Part shown: one piece after another, positions 49,580 to 59,446 of the stretch
Layout of the letters: each line of letters opens with the position of its first letter
Position numbering within the stretch: the stretch's first letter is position 1
Source of the DNA: Acidobacteriota bacterium
Lineage (GTDB): Bacteria > Acidobacteriota > UBA890 > WLXD01
Reading direction: 5' to 3'
Length of the DNA stretch: 64,000 nucleotides
NCBI GenBank assembly: GCA_965248695.1
Contig: CBDFKD010000002.1
Location: forward strand, 4,224,001 to 4,288,000
Made by a program: the position numbers and the translations under genes
The notes under the pieces: generated by a model
What the model was told of the DNA's origin: nothing
The model's database searches: none
What the model saw: the letters and a program-made list of their open reading frames with translations, nothing else

Positions 49580-51649
49580 TCAGCCGCCGAGCGCGGCGGC
49601 CACCAACTCGGCGATATCGAGGTCCTCCAGGGGCGACTCCTGCGCCCCGATTCCGTCTTCCATCATCGTCATGCAGAACGGGCATGCCGAGGCAATGGTT
49701 GCCGAGCCCTCGCTGTTGGTGGCCGATAATGCGGTACGCGCCTGGGCGATGCGATTGTCGTTGACGCGCTTTCCGGGCTCCTCTTCGAACCACATCAACC
49801 CGCCACCGGCGCCGCAACACATGCCGCTTTCGCGGCTCTCCGCCATCTCCACCAGCTCCACGCCTGGCAGCCGGCGCAGGATTTCGCGCGGCGCCTCGAA
49901 GATCCGGTTGTGGCGACCCAGATAGCAGGAGTCGTGATAGGTGATCACCCGATCGGTGGGTTGGGTGAGCTCCAGCCGCCCCTGTTCGAGCAGCTCGAGG
50001 ATGAGCTCCGTGTGGTGCACGACGTCGTAGTTGCCGCCGTAGTCCGGATACTCGTTCTTGACCGTGTTGAAGCAGTGCGGGCAGATGGTGAGCACCTTGT
50101 CGATCGGATACTGGTTCATCGTCTCGACGTTGGTCTCGGCGTGGATCTGGTACAGGTACTCGTGACCCATGCGGCGCGCCGGATCGCCGGTACAGCACTC
50201 CTCTTCGCCGAGCACGGCGAAGGAGACCCCGGCGGCGTTGAGGATGCGAACGATGCTGCGGGCGATCTTCTGGTTGCGCGCGTCGAAAGCGGCCGAGCAG
50301 CCCACCCAGAACAGGTATTCGACGCGGTCGCCGGCCGCGGTCACGTCCGCCATCGTGCGCACGTCCAGGCCGCGCGCCCAGTCCAGCCGCGCGCTGGGAT
50401 GCTGGTTCCATGGATTGTTGCGCCGCTGCAGGCCATCGAACGCGTCGCTATAGGTTTCCGGATAGGTGTCCTCGAGCATCACTTCGCTGCGGCGTAGCTC
50501 GAGGATCTTGCCGAGCGGGTCGATCGAAACAGGACACTCCTCGACACACGCCATGCACGAGGTGCAGGCCCAGATCTCCTCACGGGTGATGCTGTTGCCG
50601 ATGATTGGTTGCGGTTCCTGGCCGCTGCCGAACAGCGGCTGCTCGGCGTTGAGCTGATCACGCAGCTGCAGCACGATGTCGCGCGGCGACAGCGTCTTGC
50701 CGGACAGGTGCGCCGGACAGTTGATCTCGCAGCGGCCGCACTCGGTGCAGCTGGTGAGGTCGAGCAGGTCCTTGCGGGTCAGGTCAGCGATCGTCGCGTA
50801 CCCGAGCACCTCGTCATTGTCGAACGCCGCCTCCACGTCGACCGGTTGCAGCCTGCCGTTGCCGCCGAGGTCCTGCAGCAGGATGTTGATGATGGCGCTG
50901 AAGATGTGGACCACCTTCGGCGAGTACGGCAGCGCGGCGATGAATCCAAGCACCATTACCGCATGCGTCCACCAGAGCGTCCGGTGGATCGCGACGACGG
51001 TCTCGTTGCTGGTGCTGCTGACTAGCAGCGAAAGCGCGAACCCCACGGGCGACCATCGCGGATCGTAGCCGAGCTCGGCATGGGTGGCCGCCAATCGGAG
51101 GCCCTCGACGCCGAACCCGGTCGCGGCGATCAGCAGGAGTCCGAGCGGTAGCAGGAGGTCGCTCGCCTTCCAGCGCAGCTCGGGATTGCCCGGTCCGTAT
51201 CGTCGAACGAGGGCGACGATCAGGCCGAGGACGAAAACTGCCCCCAAGAGATCAAGGACGAGCTCGTAGCCGAGGAAGAAGCCGCCGGTCCAGAAGCCGT
51301 GATCGCGGCCCAGGAGCTTCTGAAACACGTCGTATTCGAGCGCCACGATGATCGTGCCGATGAACAGCGTGATGAACCCCCACATGATCGCCAGGTGCAT
51401 CATGCCGGCGCCGCGATCGGACCGCGCGATGGTGCGGTTCGTAGCGGCGGCCAGGAGCGTGCGGCCGAGATGCGGCAGGAGGCCCCCGGGCGGCAGGGCG
51501 ACGGGTTTGCCGCGCATGATCCGTCGCACGTGCGCCACTACGCCGAAGACGAACACTGCCGTGGCCAGGAACGCCAGCCCGAGAAAGATCGACTCCGCGG
51601 TGGGAGAGATATTCCAGAAGACTTCGCGCGTTACGGCATCGTCGGACAC
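49580..51649 (-). CDS. Membrane Fe-S oxidoreductase (FadF/DgcB/HdrD-like): TM region, two 4Fe-4S motifs, two CCG domains
   Basis: CTECGRCEINCP, CTSCMACVEECP, ECCTG, CPHC, HDSCYLGR, CCGAGGG, ACPFC. Confidence 0.92.
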   Translation of the reverse strand: MSDDAVTREVFWNISPTAESIFLGLAFLATAVFVFGVVAHVRRIMRGKPVALPPGGLLPHLGRTLLAAATNRTIARSDRGAGMMHLAIMWGFITLFIGTIIVALEYDVFQKLLGRDHGFWTGGFFLGYELVLDLLGAVFVLGLIVALVRRYGPGNPELRWKASDLLLPLGLLLIAATGFGVEGLRLAATHAELGYDPRWSPVGFALSLLVSSTSNETVVAIHRTLWWTHAVMVLGFIAALPYSPKVVHIFSAIINILLQDLGGNGRLQPVDVEAAFDNDEVLGYATIADLTRKDLLDLTSCTECGRCEINCPAHLSGKTLSPRDIVLQLRDQLNAEQPLFGSGQEPQPIIGNSITREEIWACTSCMACVEECPVSIDPLGKILELRRSEVMLEDTYPETYSDAFDGLQRRNNPWNQHPSARLDWARGLDVRTMADVTAAGDRVEYLFWVGCSAAFDARNQKIARSIVRILNAAGVSFAVLGEEECCTGDPARRMGHEYLYQIHAETNVETMNQYPIDKVLTICPHCFNTVKNEYPDYGGNYDVVHHTELILELLEQGRLELTQPTDRVITYHDSCYLGRHNRIFEAPREILRRLPGVELVEMAESRESGMCCGAGGGLMWFEEEPGKRVNDNRIAQARTALSATNSEGSATIASACPFCMTMMEDGIGAQESPLEDLDIAELVAAALGG

Positions 51650-51816
51650 GAGAGCGCCAGGTGTTTCGTGTGAGCCCGGTTAGCGACCAATTCGCAGCGC
51701 TGCAAGGGTATAGGATGCGCGGATCAAGTAGAGCGATCGGACCCCGCCTCGAGACCGGAGCCGGAAACGGGACATGGCGGCCGCCGCCAGCAAGTCAGAA
51801 CACCAAGGAGCTCTCG

Positions 51817-54333
51817 GTGAGTGATCTTCCCAAGCACGCCAACGTGGTGATCGTCGGCGCCGGCATTGTCGGCAACAGCGTCGCCTGGCATCTCGCCCGC
51901 CTTGGTTGGAAGGACATCGTGCAGATCGACCAGGGCCCGTTGCCCAACCCCGGCGGCTCCACCGGGCACGCATCCAACTTCATCTACCCGATGGACCATT
52001 CCAAGGTGATGACCGAGATCACCGCAGACAGCATCCAGCAGTACACGGAGATGGACGTGCTCCGCGAGAGCGGTGGCCTCGAGGTGGCGCGCGATCCGGA
52101 GCGGCTCGTCGAGCTCGGGCGGCGATTGCAGTCGGCCAAGTGCTGGGGAATCGATGCCGAGCTTTTGTCACCCGACGAAACGCTGAAGCTGTTCCCGTGG
52201 ATCGACCGGGACGTCATTCTGGGCTCGTACTGGAGCCCCACCGTCAGCGTTGTCGATTCGTTGCGAGCCGGGACGATCATGCGCGATCGAGCCAAGGAGC
52301 TCGGGGCTCTGAGCGTCTTCCCGAGCACGGAGATTCACGGCATCGATGTTTCGGACGGGCGCGTGACCGGCGTGCGCACCTCGCGCGGCGACATGACCGC
52401 CGAGTACATCGTGGTTGCGTGCGGCGTCTGGAGCCCGCGCATCGCCGCGATGGCCGGGGCAACGATTCCGCTGACGCCGATCATCCATCAGATGATCGAC
52501 GTCGGGCCGATCGAGGCCTTCGAGGGCGCCGAAAGCGAGATCGAGTACCCGATCATCCGCGATATGAGCGTATTGATGTACGAGCGGCAGGCGGGCAATA
52601 ACCTGGAGATCGGATCCTACGCCCACCGCCCGATCATTCATCGCGCTGACGACATCCCGTCCAACGACGAGGCGGCGCTGTCGCCGACGGAGATGCCGTT
52701 CACGCGCGAGGACTTCGACCCTCAGCTGGCGCATGCCATCGAGCTGCTGCCGGAAATGCTCGATCGCGACGATGTGGAGATCCAGTACGCCATCAACGGG
52801 CTGCTGTCGCTGACGCCGGACGGCGAGCCGGTGCTCGGCGAGACCGTCGAGGTCAAGAACCTCTGGTCGGCGGCCGCGGTGTGGATCAAGGAAGGGCCCG
52901 GGGTAGGCCGGATGATCGCTGAATGGATGGTCGACGGTCAGCCGGAGATCGATCCGCACGAGCTCGACATCTCGCGTCTCTACCCGTTCGCGCGCACCGA
53001 GACCCACGTGGTGGCGCGCGCCTGCGAGAGCTTCAACAAGATCTACGGCGTCGTGCATCCAATGGAGCAGTGGGAATCATCGCGCCGTGTTCGCTGCAGC
53101 CCGTTCTACTCGCAGCAGGAAGCCCTGGGAGCGGTGTTCTACGAAACCGCCGGCTGGGAGCGGCCGCACTGGTACGAGTGCAACCGCGATTTGCTGGAGG
53201 AGTACGAGGATCGCATCCCCGAGCGGCCGAACGAGTGGGACTCGCGCTGGTGGTCGCCGATCATCAACGCCGAGCATCTGGCGATGCGCGATCGCGCCGC
53301 CATGGTCGACCTCTCGGCGCTGGCGATCTTCGACGTCTCCGGCCCCGGCGCGCTCGACTACGTCCAGAAGATGGCGGTGAACCAGATGGACGTGTCGGTC
53401 GGCAGAGCCGTTTACACACCGGTGTTGCACCAGAACGGTGGCTTCAAGTCGGACCTGACGATCATGCGTACGGGCGACGAGTCGTTTCGGATCGTCACCG
53501 GTGGCGCCGACGGCAGCCGCGACGAGAAGTGGTTTCGCGCCAACCTGCCGGACGACGGCTCGGTGCACTTCGATAACCGCTCTTCGGCGCTCTGCACGAT
53601 GGGGCTCTGGGGCCCACGCGCGCGCGACATCCTGCAGTCGTTGACGCGTGACGATCTGTCCCACGAGGGTTTCCCGTTCGGTACCGCGCGCCGCGTCCTA
53701 ATCGACCGCGTGCCGGCCTGGGCGCTTCGGATCTCCTACGTCGGTGAGCTCGGCTGGGAGCTCTACATGCCGATGGAGAACGGCCGCACCGTCTGGGACC
53801 TGGTACGAGAGGCGGGATTGTCGGAGGGTGTGATTCCCGCCGGAATCGGTGTCTATGGCACCACCGGCCGACTGGAGAAGGGATACCGACTGTTCGGCGC
53901 CGAGCTCGAGGGGGATACGAACCCGGCCGAGGCGGGTCTGGCGCGCAAGACGGCGAAGCCGCAGGACTTCATCGGCAAGGCAGCCTATGTGCGATCGCTC
54001 GAGAGCGAGGCGGCGGCGACCTTGTGTACCTTGACCGTCGACGACCATACGTCGGCGTCCGGTGAGGCGCGCTACATGCTGGGTCGCGAACCGGTCCTCA
54101 CCCGGGATGGCAAGCGTATCGTCGATGCCCACGGGCGCGGGTCAATAACCACCAGCGCCGGGGCCGGGCCGTCGGTGGGAAAGCACCTGTTGATGGCCTA
54201 CCTGCCGCCGGAACACGCGCAGGTCGGCACCGAGCTGCTGGTGGAGTACTTCGCCGAGCAGTATCCCGTGACCGTCGCGGTGGCCGGCAGCACACCACTG
54301 TTCGATCCTGACAACGAGCGTATGCGGCAGTGA
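51817..54333 (+). CDS. GcvT-family FAD/folate enzyme, dimethylglycine dehydrogenase/oxidase-like
   Basis: GAGIVG, GGSTGHAS (flavinylation His position), TPDGEP, ISYVGELGWE, RLEKGYR; AAGGAG RBS before GTG at 51817. Confidence 0.9.
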   Translation: MSDLPKHANVVIVGAGIVGNSVAWHLARLGWKDIVQIDQGPLPNPGGSTGHASNFIYPMDHSKVMTEITADSIQQYTEMDVLRESGGLEVARDPERLVELGRRLQSAKCWGIDAELLSPDETLKLFPWIDRDVILGSYWSPTVSVVDSLRAGTIMRDRAKELGALSVFPSTEIHGIDVSDGRVTGVRTSRGDMTAEYIVVACGVWSPRIAAMAGATIPLTPIIHQMIDVGPIEAFEGAESEIEYPIIRDMSVLMYERQAGNNLEIGSYAHRPIIHRADDIPSNDEAALSPTEMPFTREDFDPQLAHAIELLPEMLDRDDVEIQYAINGLLSLTPDGEPVLGETVEVKNLWSAAAVWIKEGPGVGRMIAEWMVDGQPEIDPHELDISRLYPFARTETHVVARACESFNKIYGVVHPMEQWESSRRVRCSPFYSQQEALGAVFYETAGWERPHWYECNRDLLEEYEDRIPERPNEWDSRWWSPIINAEHLAMRDRAAMVDLSALAIFDVSGPGALDYVQKMAVNQMDVSVGRAVYTPVLHQNGGFKSDLTIMRTGDESFRIVTGGADGSRDEKWFRANLPDDGSVHFDNRSSALCTMGLWGPRARDILQSLTRDDLSHEGFPFGTARRVLIDRVPAWALRISYVGELGWELYMPMENGRTVWDLVREAGLSEGVIPAGIGVYGTTGRLEKGYRLFGAELEGDTNPAEAGLARKTAKPQDFIGKAAYVRSLESEAAATLCTLTVDDHTSASGEARYMLGREPVLTRDGKRIVDAHGRGSITTSAGAGPSVGKHLLMAYLPPEHAQVGTELLVEYFAEQYPVTVAVAGSTPLFDPDNERMRQ

Positions 54334-54358
54334 GCCATCTAAGCGACGGTCGACGCCA

Positions 54359-55126
54359 ATGAACATCCTCGTTTGTGTCAAACGAGTGCCCGACACCGGC
54401 GCCAAGCTAGTGCTCACCGAGGACGCACGGGCGGTGGACACGCGTCGCCTCGGGTTCACGATCAGTCCGCACGAGGAGTGCGCCGTCGAGGAGGCGGTGC
54501 AGATCGTCGAGCGCGAGGGCGGCGAGGCCGTCGTGTTGACCCTCGGTCCGGCGGAGGCCGAGGAGCAGCTGCGCGACTCGATGGCGCGTGGCATGGACCG
54601 CGCGGTCTTGCTGGAGACCGACGATCAGGAGTGGGATCCACAGCGCACCGCAGCAGCGATCGCCGAATCGGTGCAGCGTGAGGCCGAGGCAGGACACCAC
54701 TACGACCTGATCATGTTCGGCAACGAGTCTGCCGACAGCGGCGACTTCCAGGTCGGTATCCGCGTTGCCCATGCGCTCGAGCTGCCCTGCGTCACCGGCG
54801 CCAAGGGCATCGAGGTGCGTGGCGACGTGATCGAGGCGCGGCGTGAGATTGCGGCCGGATGGGAAGTCTACGAGGTAGCGACCCCGGTTGTGATCACGAC
54901 CAAGGAAGGGTTGAACCTGCCACGCTATCCGTCGCTGCGGGGCACCATGGGCGCCAAGCGAAAGCCGCTCGAGCGCAGCTCACCGTCGCACGATGCGGGG
55001 GAGCTGCAGTTGCAGCGTCTGACCCAGCCCCCCGATCAGGGCAAGGAGGTCGAGATTCTCGGCGAGGGCCCGTCGGCAGCACCGCGGGTGGTCGAAGTGC
55101 TCGAAAAGCTGGAGTTGCTCGGATGA
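54359..55126 (+). CDS. etfB: Electron transfer flavoprotein beta subunit
   Basis: ILVCVKRVPD, AVEEAVQI, GNESADSGDFQVG, NLPRYPSL. Confidence 0.95.
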   Translation: MNILVCVKRVPDTGAKLVLTEDARAVDTRRLGFTISPHEECAVEEAVQIVEREGGEAVVLTLGPAEAEEQLRDSMARGMDRAVLLETDDQEWDPQRTAAAIAESVQREAEAGHHYDLIMFGNESADSGDFQVGIRVAHALELPCVTGAKGIEVRGDVIEARREIAAGWEVYEVATPVVITTKEGLNLPRYPSLRGTMGAKRKPLERSSPSHDAGELQLQRLTQPPDQGKEVEILGEGPSAAPRVVEVLEKLELLG

Positions 55127-56088
55127 TCCTGGCGCTCATCGAACACGACCGCGGCGAGCTCGATGCCGCCACGCTGCAGATGCTGACCCTGGGGCGTGAT
55201 CTGGCGGAGCAGACCGGAACAACTCTCGAGGCGGCGCTGATCGGCGACGATGCGGCGGCGCTGGAGGAGACCATCAAGGCGTACGGGCCCACCACGATCC
55301 ACCGTGTCACCCATCCGTTGCTGGACGACTACGCGCCGGCTGCGTGGGGCGAGGCGCTGCTGCAGCTGCAGCGGGCGCGTGGTGCAGAGGCCATCCTGGC
55401 GCCGGGGACCGACCGCGGCAACGAGGTTCTGGCGCACGCGGCCGCCAAGACCGGGCTCGCGATGGCAGCGAATTGCGCCCAGGTACAGGCCGGAGACGCA
55501 TACAGCGTGGTGCGGCTGCGCTGGGGAAGCAGCTTGCTGGAGCAGGCGGAGCTGAGCGGCGACGTCAAGCTCCTCAGCGTTGCTCCGCACACCGTCGAGG
55601 CAACCGAGGCGCCGGCCCAGGAGGTTGTCGTGGAGACCTTCGAGCCTGATCTCGCGGACGAGGATCTGCGCGTCAAAGTAACCCGGCGGGAGGAGACGGC
55701 GAGCTCGGGCGTAACGTTGAAGACCGCTCGGCTGGTGGTCGGCGGCGGCCGCGGCGTTGGCAGCGCCGAAGGGTTCGCCGTTCTGGAGGAGCTCGCCGAG
55801 GTTCTCGGCGGGATCGTCGGCGGCTCCCGCGTTGCCACGAACAACGGCTGGCGACCGCATACGAATCAAGTTGGCCTCACCGGGACGCGTATCGCACCGC
55901 AGCTCTATATTGCTTGCGGAATCAGCGGCGCCATCCAGCACCTGGTTGGTTGCAAGGGCGCCAAGCAGATCATGGTGATCAACACGGACCCCGACGCGCC
56001 CTTCTTCTCCAAGGCGGACTACGGTGTCGTCGGTGATCTGCACGAGGTTGTGCCGGCCCTGGTTGCCGAGATCCGCAAGCGCGGCTAG
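55123..56088 (+). CDS. etfA: Electron transfer flavoprotein alpha subunit
   Basis: VVGGGRGVG, QVGLTG, LYIACGISGAIQH, INTDPDAPFF; ATGA overlap with etfB. Confidence 0.95.
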   Translation: MILALIEHDRGELDAATLQMLTLGRDLAEQTGTTLEAALIGDDAAALEETIKAYGPTTIHRVTHPLLDDYAPAAWGEALLQLQRARGAEAILAPGTDRGNEVLAHAAAKTGLAMAANCAQVQAGDAYSVVRLRWGSSLLEQAELSGDVKLLSVAPHTVEATEAPAQEVVVETFEPDLADEDLRVKVTRREETASSGVTLKTARLVVGGGRGVGSAEGFAVLEELAEVLGGIVGGSRVATNNGWRPHTNQVGLTGTRIAPQLYIACGISGAIQHLVGCKGAKQIMVINTDPDAPFFSKADYGVVGDLHEVVPALVAEIRKRG

Positions 56089-57629
56089 ACAAGCGCGTCA
56101 GGCATGGACGCCTTGCGGCGGGCGATGAACTCGAGCAGCTCCTCGTCGATCGCCGCATCGATCGGCGGCGGCTCGTACGAGGCGAGTTGCTCCTTCCAGA
56201 GGCGATTGGCGCGCTGCGCCGCCGTCGTACTGCCATCCTCTTCCCATTGCTCGAAGCTCGAGTTGTCGGCCACCGACGAGCGGTAGAAGGCTTGCTCGAA
56301 ATTCGCCAACGTGTGAGCGCTTCCGAGGAAATGCTGTCCGGGCTCGTTTTCCCGAATCGCGTCGAGCGCCTGGCCGTTGTCGGAAAGATCGATGCCCTTG
56401 GCAAACACCTGCATCATCCCGAGCTGGTCGGCGTCCATGACGAACTTCTCGTAGCCGACCGACAGGCCGCCTTCCAGCCAGCCGGCGGCGTGCAAGACGA
56501 AGTTCACCCCCGCCATCAACGCCGGGATCAACGTGGCCTGGCTCTCGTAGGCCGCTTGCGCGTCGGGGACTTTGGAGGCGGTGAGGGCGCCGCCCGAGCG
56601 GAACGGCACGCCGAGCCGGCGGGCGAGGGCAGCCATCGCATAGAGAGTCAGGGCAGCCTCCGGCGTTCCGAACGTCGGCGCTCCGGTCAGCATCGACATC
56701 GAGCTCGCGAACGATCCGAAGATCACCGGCGCCCCGGGCCGGACGAGCTGCACGAACGTCATGCCGGCCAGCGCCTCCGCCAAGGTCTGCGCGGCGACCC
56801 CGGCGGCGGTGACCGGGGCCATCGCCCCGGCAAGGATGAACGGAGTCACCAGGTTCGCCTGGTTGTGCTGCGCGTAGACGTCCATTGCCGCCAGCATCGA
56901 GGCGTCCCACACGAGCGGCGACGACGCGTTGATGAGGCTGGTCAGGACGGTGCGGTCGGCGAGATCGCCGCCGAAGGCGATGCGCGCCAGCTCGAAGCTA
57001 TCCGTGGCGCGGTCGCCGGCGGTTACCGACCCCATGAAGGGCTTGTCGCTGTAGCGGATGTGGGCGTACACCATGTCGAGATGGCGTTTGTTCACCGGCA
57101 CGTCGACCGGCTCGCAGACGGTGCCGCCGGAGTGATGCAGGTAGGGTGACAGGTAGGCCAGCTTCACCAGGTTCTGGAAATCCTCGATGGTGCCGTATCG
57201 ACGGCCGCGGTCGAGATCGGTGACGAAAGGTGAGCCGTAGTTGGGGACGAACACGGTGGCATCGCCGCCCACGGTGACGCTGCGTGCCGGGTTGCGCGCG
57301 TGCTGGACATAGCTCGAGGGGGCGTTCGTGCTGACGATCTGCCGACACATGCCGGCCGGAAATCGAACCCGCTCGCCATCGATGTCGGCTCCGGCGTCGC
57401 GCAACAGCTCGAGGGCGCGAGGGTAGTCACGGAACTCGATACCGACCTCCTCGAGGATCGTGTCGGCGTTGCGCTCGAGGATCTCGAGCCCCTCGTCACC
57501 AACGAGGTCGATAGGCGCCAGGGTGCGCGTCAGAAACGGCGCGGCTGCCGGGGACGCCGCCTCCCGGGCCGCCTTGCGTGCCGCTCTTCCGCCGCCGCCT
57601 CGCCGGCGTCCGGAACGCCTCTCGGTCAA
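56085..57629 (-). CDS. Trimethylamine methyltransferase (MttB) family, non-pyrrolysine, glycine betaine methyltransferase-like
   Basis: CEPVDVPVNKRHLD, PFILAGAMAPVT, GAPTFGTPE, SKVPDAQAAYE, HAAGWLEGGL; no in-frame TAG; TTG start with GGAGGGAG RBS. Confidence 0.92.
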   Translation of the reverse strand: MTERRSGRRRGGGGRAARKAAREAASPAAAPFLTRTLAPIDLVGDEGLEILERNADTILEEVGIEFRDYPRALELLRDAGADIDGERVRFPAGMCRQIVSTNAPSSYVQHARNPARSVTVGGDATVFVPNYGSPFVTDLDRGRRYGTIEDFQNLVKLAYLSPYLHHSGGTVCEPVDVPVNKRHLDMVYAHIRYSDKPFMGSVTAGDRATDSFELARIAFGGDLADRTVLTSLINASSPLVWDASMLAAMDVYAQHNQANLVTPFILAGAMAPVTAAGVAAQTLAEALAGMTFVQLVRPGAPVIFGSFASSMSMLTGAPTFGTPEAALTLYAMAALARRLGVPFRSGGALTASKVPDAQAAYESQATLIPALMAGVNFVLHAAGWLEGGLSVGYEKFVMDADQLGMMQVFAKGIDLSDNGQALDAIRENEPGQHFLGSAHTLANFEQAFYRSSVADNSSFEQWEEDGSTTAAQRANRLWKEQLASYEPPPIDAAIDEELLEFIARRKASMPDALV

Positions 57630-57754
57630 CTTCTCCCTCCAATCCAGGCACCACCAGTCTCCGCTCCACGAAGCCGGGCAGCTACACACAGCCGCGCGCG
57701 GATTGTAGCCTGCGTCAGCGATCGAGCAAACGAGGGGCAAAGGAGGCGACAGCA

Positions 57755-59446
57755 ATGCGGTGGTCCACGACGTCCCGACTCTCACTTGCCGCCGTGGCGA
57801 TCTGTTGCCTGTCGGCCTACGCGCCCGGCGGCCCGTCTCCCTTTGATCTGCTGATCGAGAACGGCAGGCTGATCGACGGCACCGGAAATCCCTGGTTCGC
57901 AGCCGATGTCGGAATCGTCGGCGACACGATCGTGGAGATCGGCAACCTCGCAGGCAGACGGGCGAGGCGTACGATTGACGCGGCCGGCCGGGTGGTCAGC
58001 CCCGGGCTCATCGACATGCACACCCACGTTTCCAGTGCGTTCGATCAGCCCGAAACCGCGTCGGTGCTCAACTACCTGTACCAGGGTGTCACCACCGTGC
58101 GGCCGGGATCGGATGGCGGCGCGTCGCATCGCGTCTCGGAGACCAAGGACCGATGGGAAGCGAACGGAATGGGCATGAATGCCGTCCACATGGTCGGTTT
58201 CAATACCGTTCGCCGCGAGGTCATGGGGTTCGATTTCCTCCGCCCGGCCCGCGGCGACGAGATCGAGCAGATGCGGGCGCTCGTACGAAAGGCGATGCGC
58301 GAGGGCTCCTGGGGAATCAGCGCCGGGCTCGAATACGAAGGCCTACACCTGCACGCCAGTACCGACGAGCTCATCGAAGTCACCAGCTCGGTGGCCGAGT
58401 TCGAAGGCATCTACATCTCGCATATGCGCGACGAGGGCATCCACTTGCTGGACTCGATCCGCGAGATCGTCCGGATCAGCGAGGAGGCATCGGTGCCGGT
58501 GAGCGTCACCCACATGAAAGCGGCCGGGCGTCTTCAGTGGGGCCTGATGACGGAGGCGGTGGCGCTCATCCAGGAAGCACGCGACCGCGGCGTGCGGATC
58601 ACCGCCGACCAGTACCCGTGGGACCAGTCGGCGCCGTTCGGCTACATCACCGACCTGGTCGATGTCCCCAATGACATGGAGGAGCTGGCGGAGCTGCGCG
58701 ATCGAAGCCAGGATCGCCGACTGTCGTACGCCGAACGAACCCAGGCGCGGGCGCGGTTCGTCCCGGCGCTGCAGCAGGCGCTCCAAGACGCTCAGCAGCG
58801 CGAGCTGATGCGTGCTTCCACCTACGAGGAGCGCGAGGCCGACTGGAGTCCGGTAGCCAAGTGGGGCTGGCAGGACTTCCGCATCAAGCACACGACCCGA
58901 CATCCGGAGTTGCTGGAGAGGAACCTGCTGGACCTCGAGCGCGAGCAGGGACGGGACGGTTTCGACATCGCCGCAGAGTTGGTGCTCTCCGAGCCCGACA
59001 TGCTGTACGCCGGCGGCTCGATGTCGCCCGATGATCTGCGCCACGCGATGTCCCAGCCGTGGGTGATGATCAGCAGCGACGGGGCCGGTCCGTTGGCGCC
59101 CGAAGAGCACGCCGTACCCAGCCACCCCCGCTCGTTTGCCAGCCAGGCAGTTGCGCTGCGTCAGTATGTGCGCGACGAGGGCCTGCTGACGCTCGTCGAC
59201 GCGATCCGTAAGATGACCTCGCTGCCGGCTCAGCTTCTCGGCATGCGCGATCGGGGGCTGATCGTCGAGGGGTTCAAGGCGGATCTCGCAGTGTTCGACC
59301 CGGCGCGCGTCGAGGACCGCGCCACCTGGTCGGATGCGCACCGCTATGCTACCGGGATCGACTACGTGATCGTCAACGGCGAGGTAAGCATCGATGCCGG
59401 TGAGTTCAACGGCGGGCGCCACGGCAGGCTGCTGTTGAAGCGATGA
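57755..59446 (+). CDS. Secreted N-acyl-D-amino-acid deacylase (amidohydrolase) family protein
   Basis: PGLIDMHTH, SHMRDEG, THMK, SSDG, HPRSF, KADLAVFDP. Confidence 0.88.
   Translation: MRWSTTSRLSLAAVAICCLSAYAPGGPSPFDLLIENGRLIDGTGNPWFAADVGIVGDTIVEIGNLAGRRARRTIDAAGRVVSPGLIDMHTHVSSAFDQPETASVLNYLYQGVTTVRPGSDGGASHRVSETKDRWEANGMGMNAVHMVGFNTVRREVMGFDFLRPARGDEIEQMRALVRKAMREGSWGISAGLEYEGLHLHASTDELIEVTSSVAEFEGIYISHMRDEGIHLLDSIREIVRISEEASVPVSVTHMKAAGRLQWGLMTEAVALIQEARDRGVRITADQYPWDQSAPFGYITDLVDVPNDMEELAELRDRSQDRRLSYAERTQARARFVPALQQALQDAQQRELMRASTYEEREADWSPVAKWGWQDFRIKHTTRHPELLERNLLDLEREQGRDGFDIAAELVLSEPDMLYAGGSMSPDDLRHAMSQPWVMISSDGAGPLAPEEHAVPSHPRSFASQAVALRQYVRDEGLLTLVDAIRKMTSLPAQLLGMRDRGLIVEGFKADLAVFDPARVEDRATWSDAHRYATGIDYVIVNGEVSIDAGEFNGGRHGRLLLKR

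Noticed and set aside
51650-51816. Glycine or THF riboswitch upstream of the GcvT-family gene
   Set aside because: No conserved aptamer motifs recognisable by eye; an Rfam search would be decisive.
56085-57629. Pyrrolysine recoding in MttB
   Set aside because: No in-frame TAG within the gene and no pyl genes in the window.
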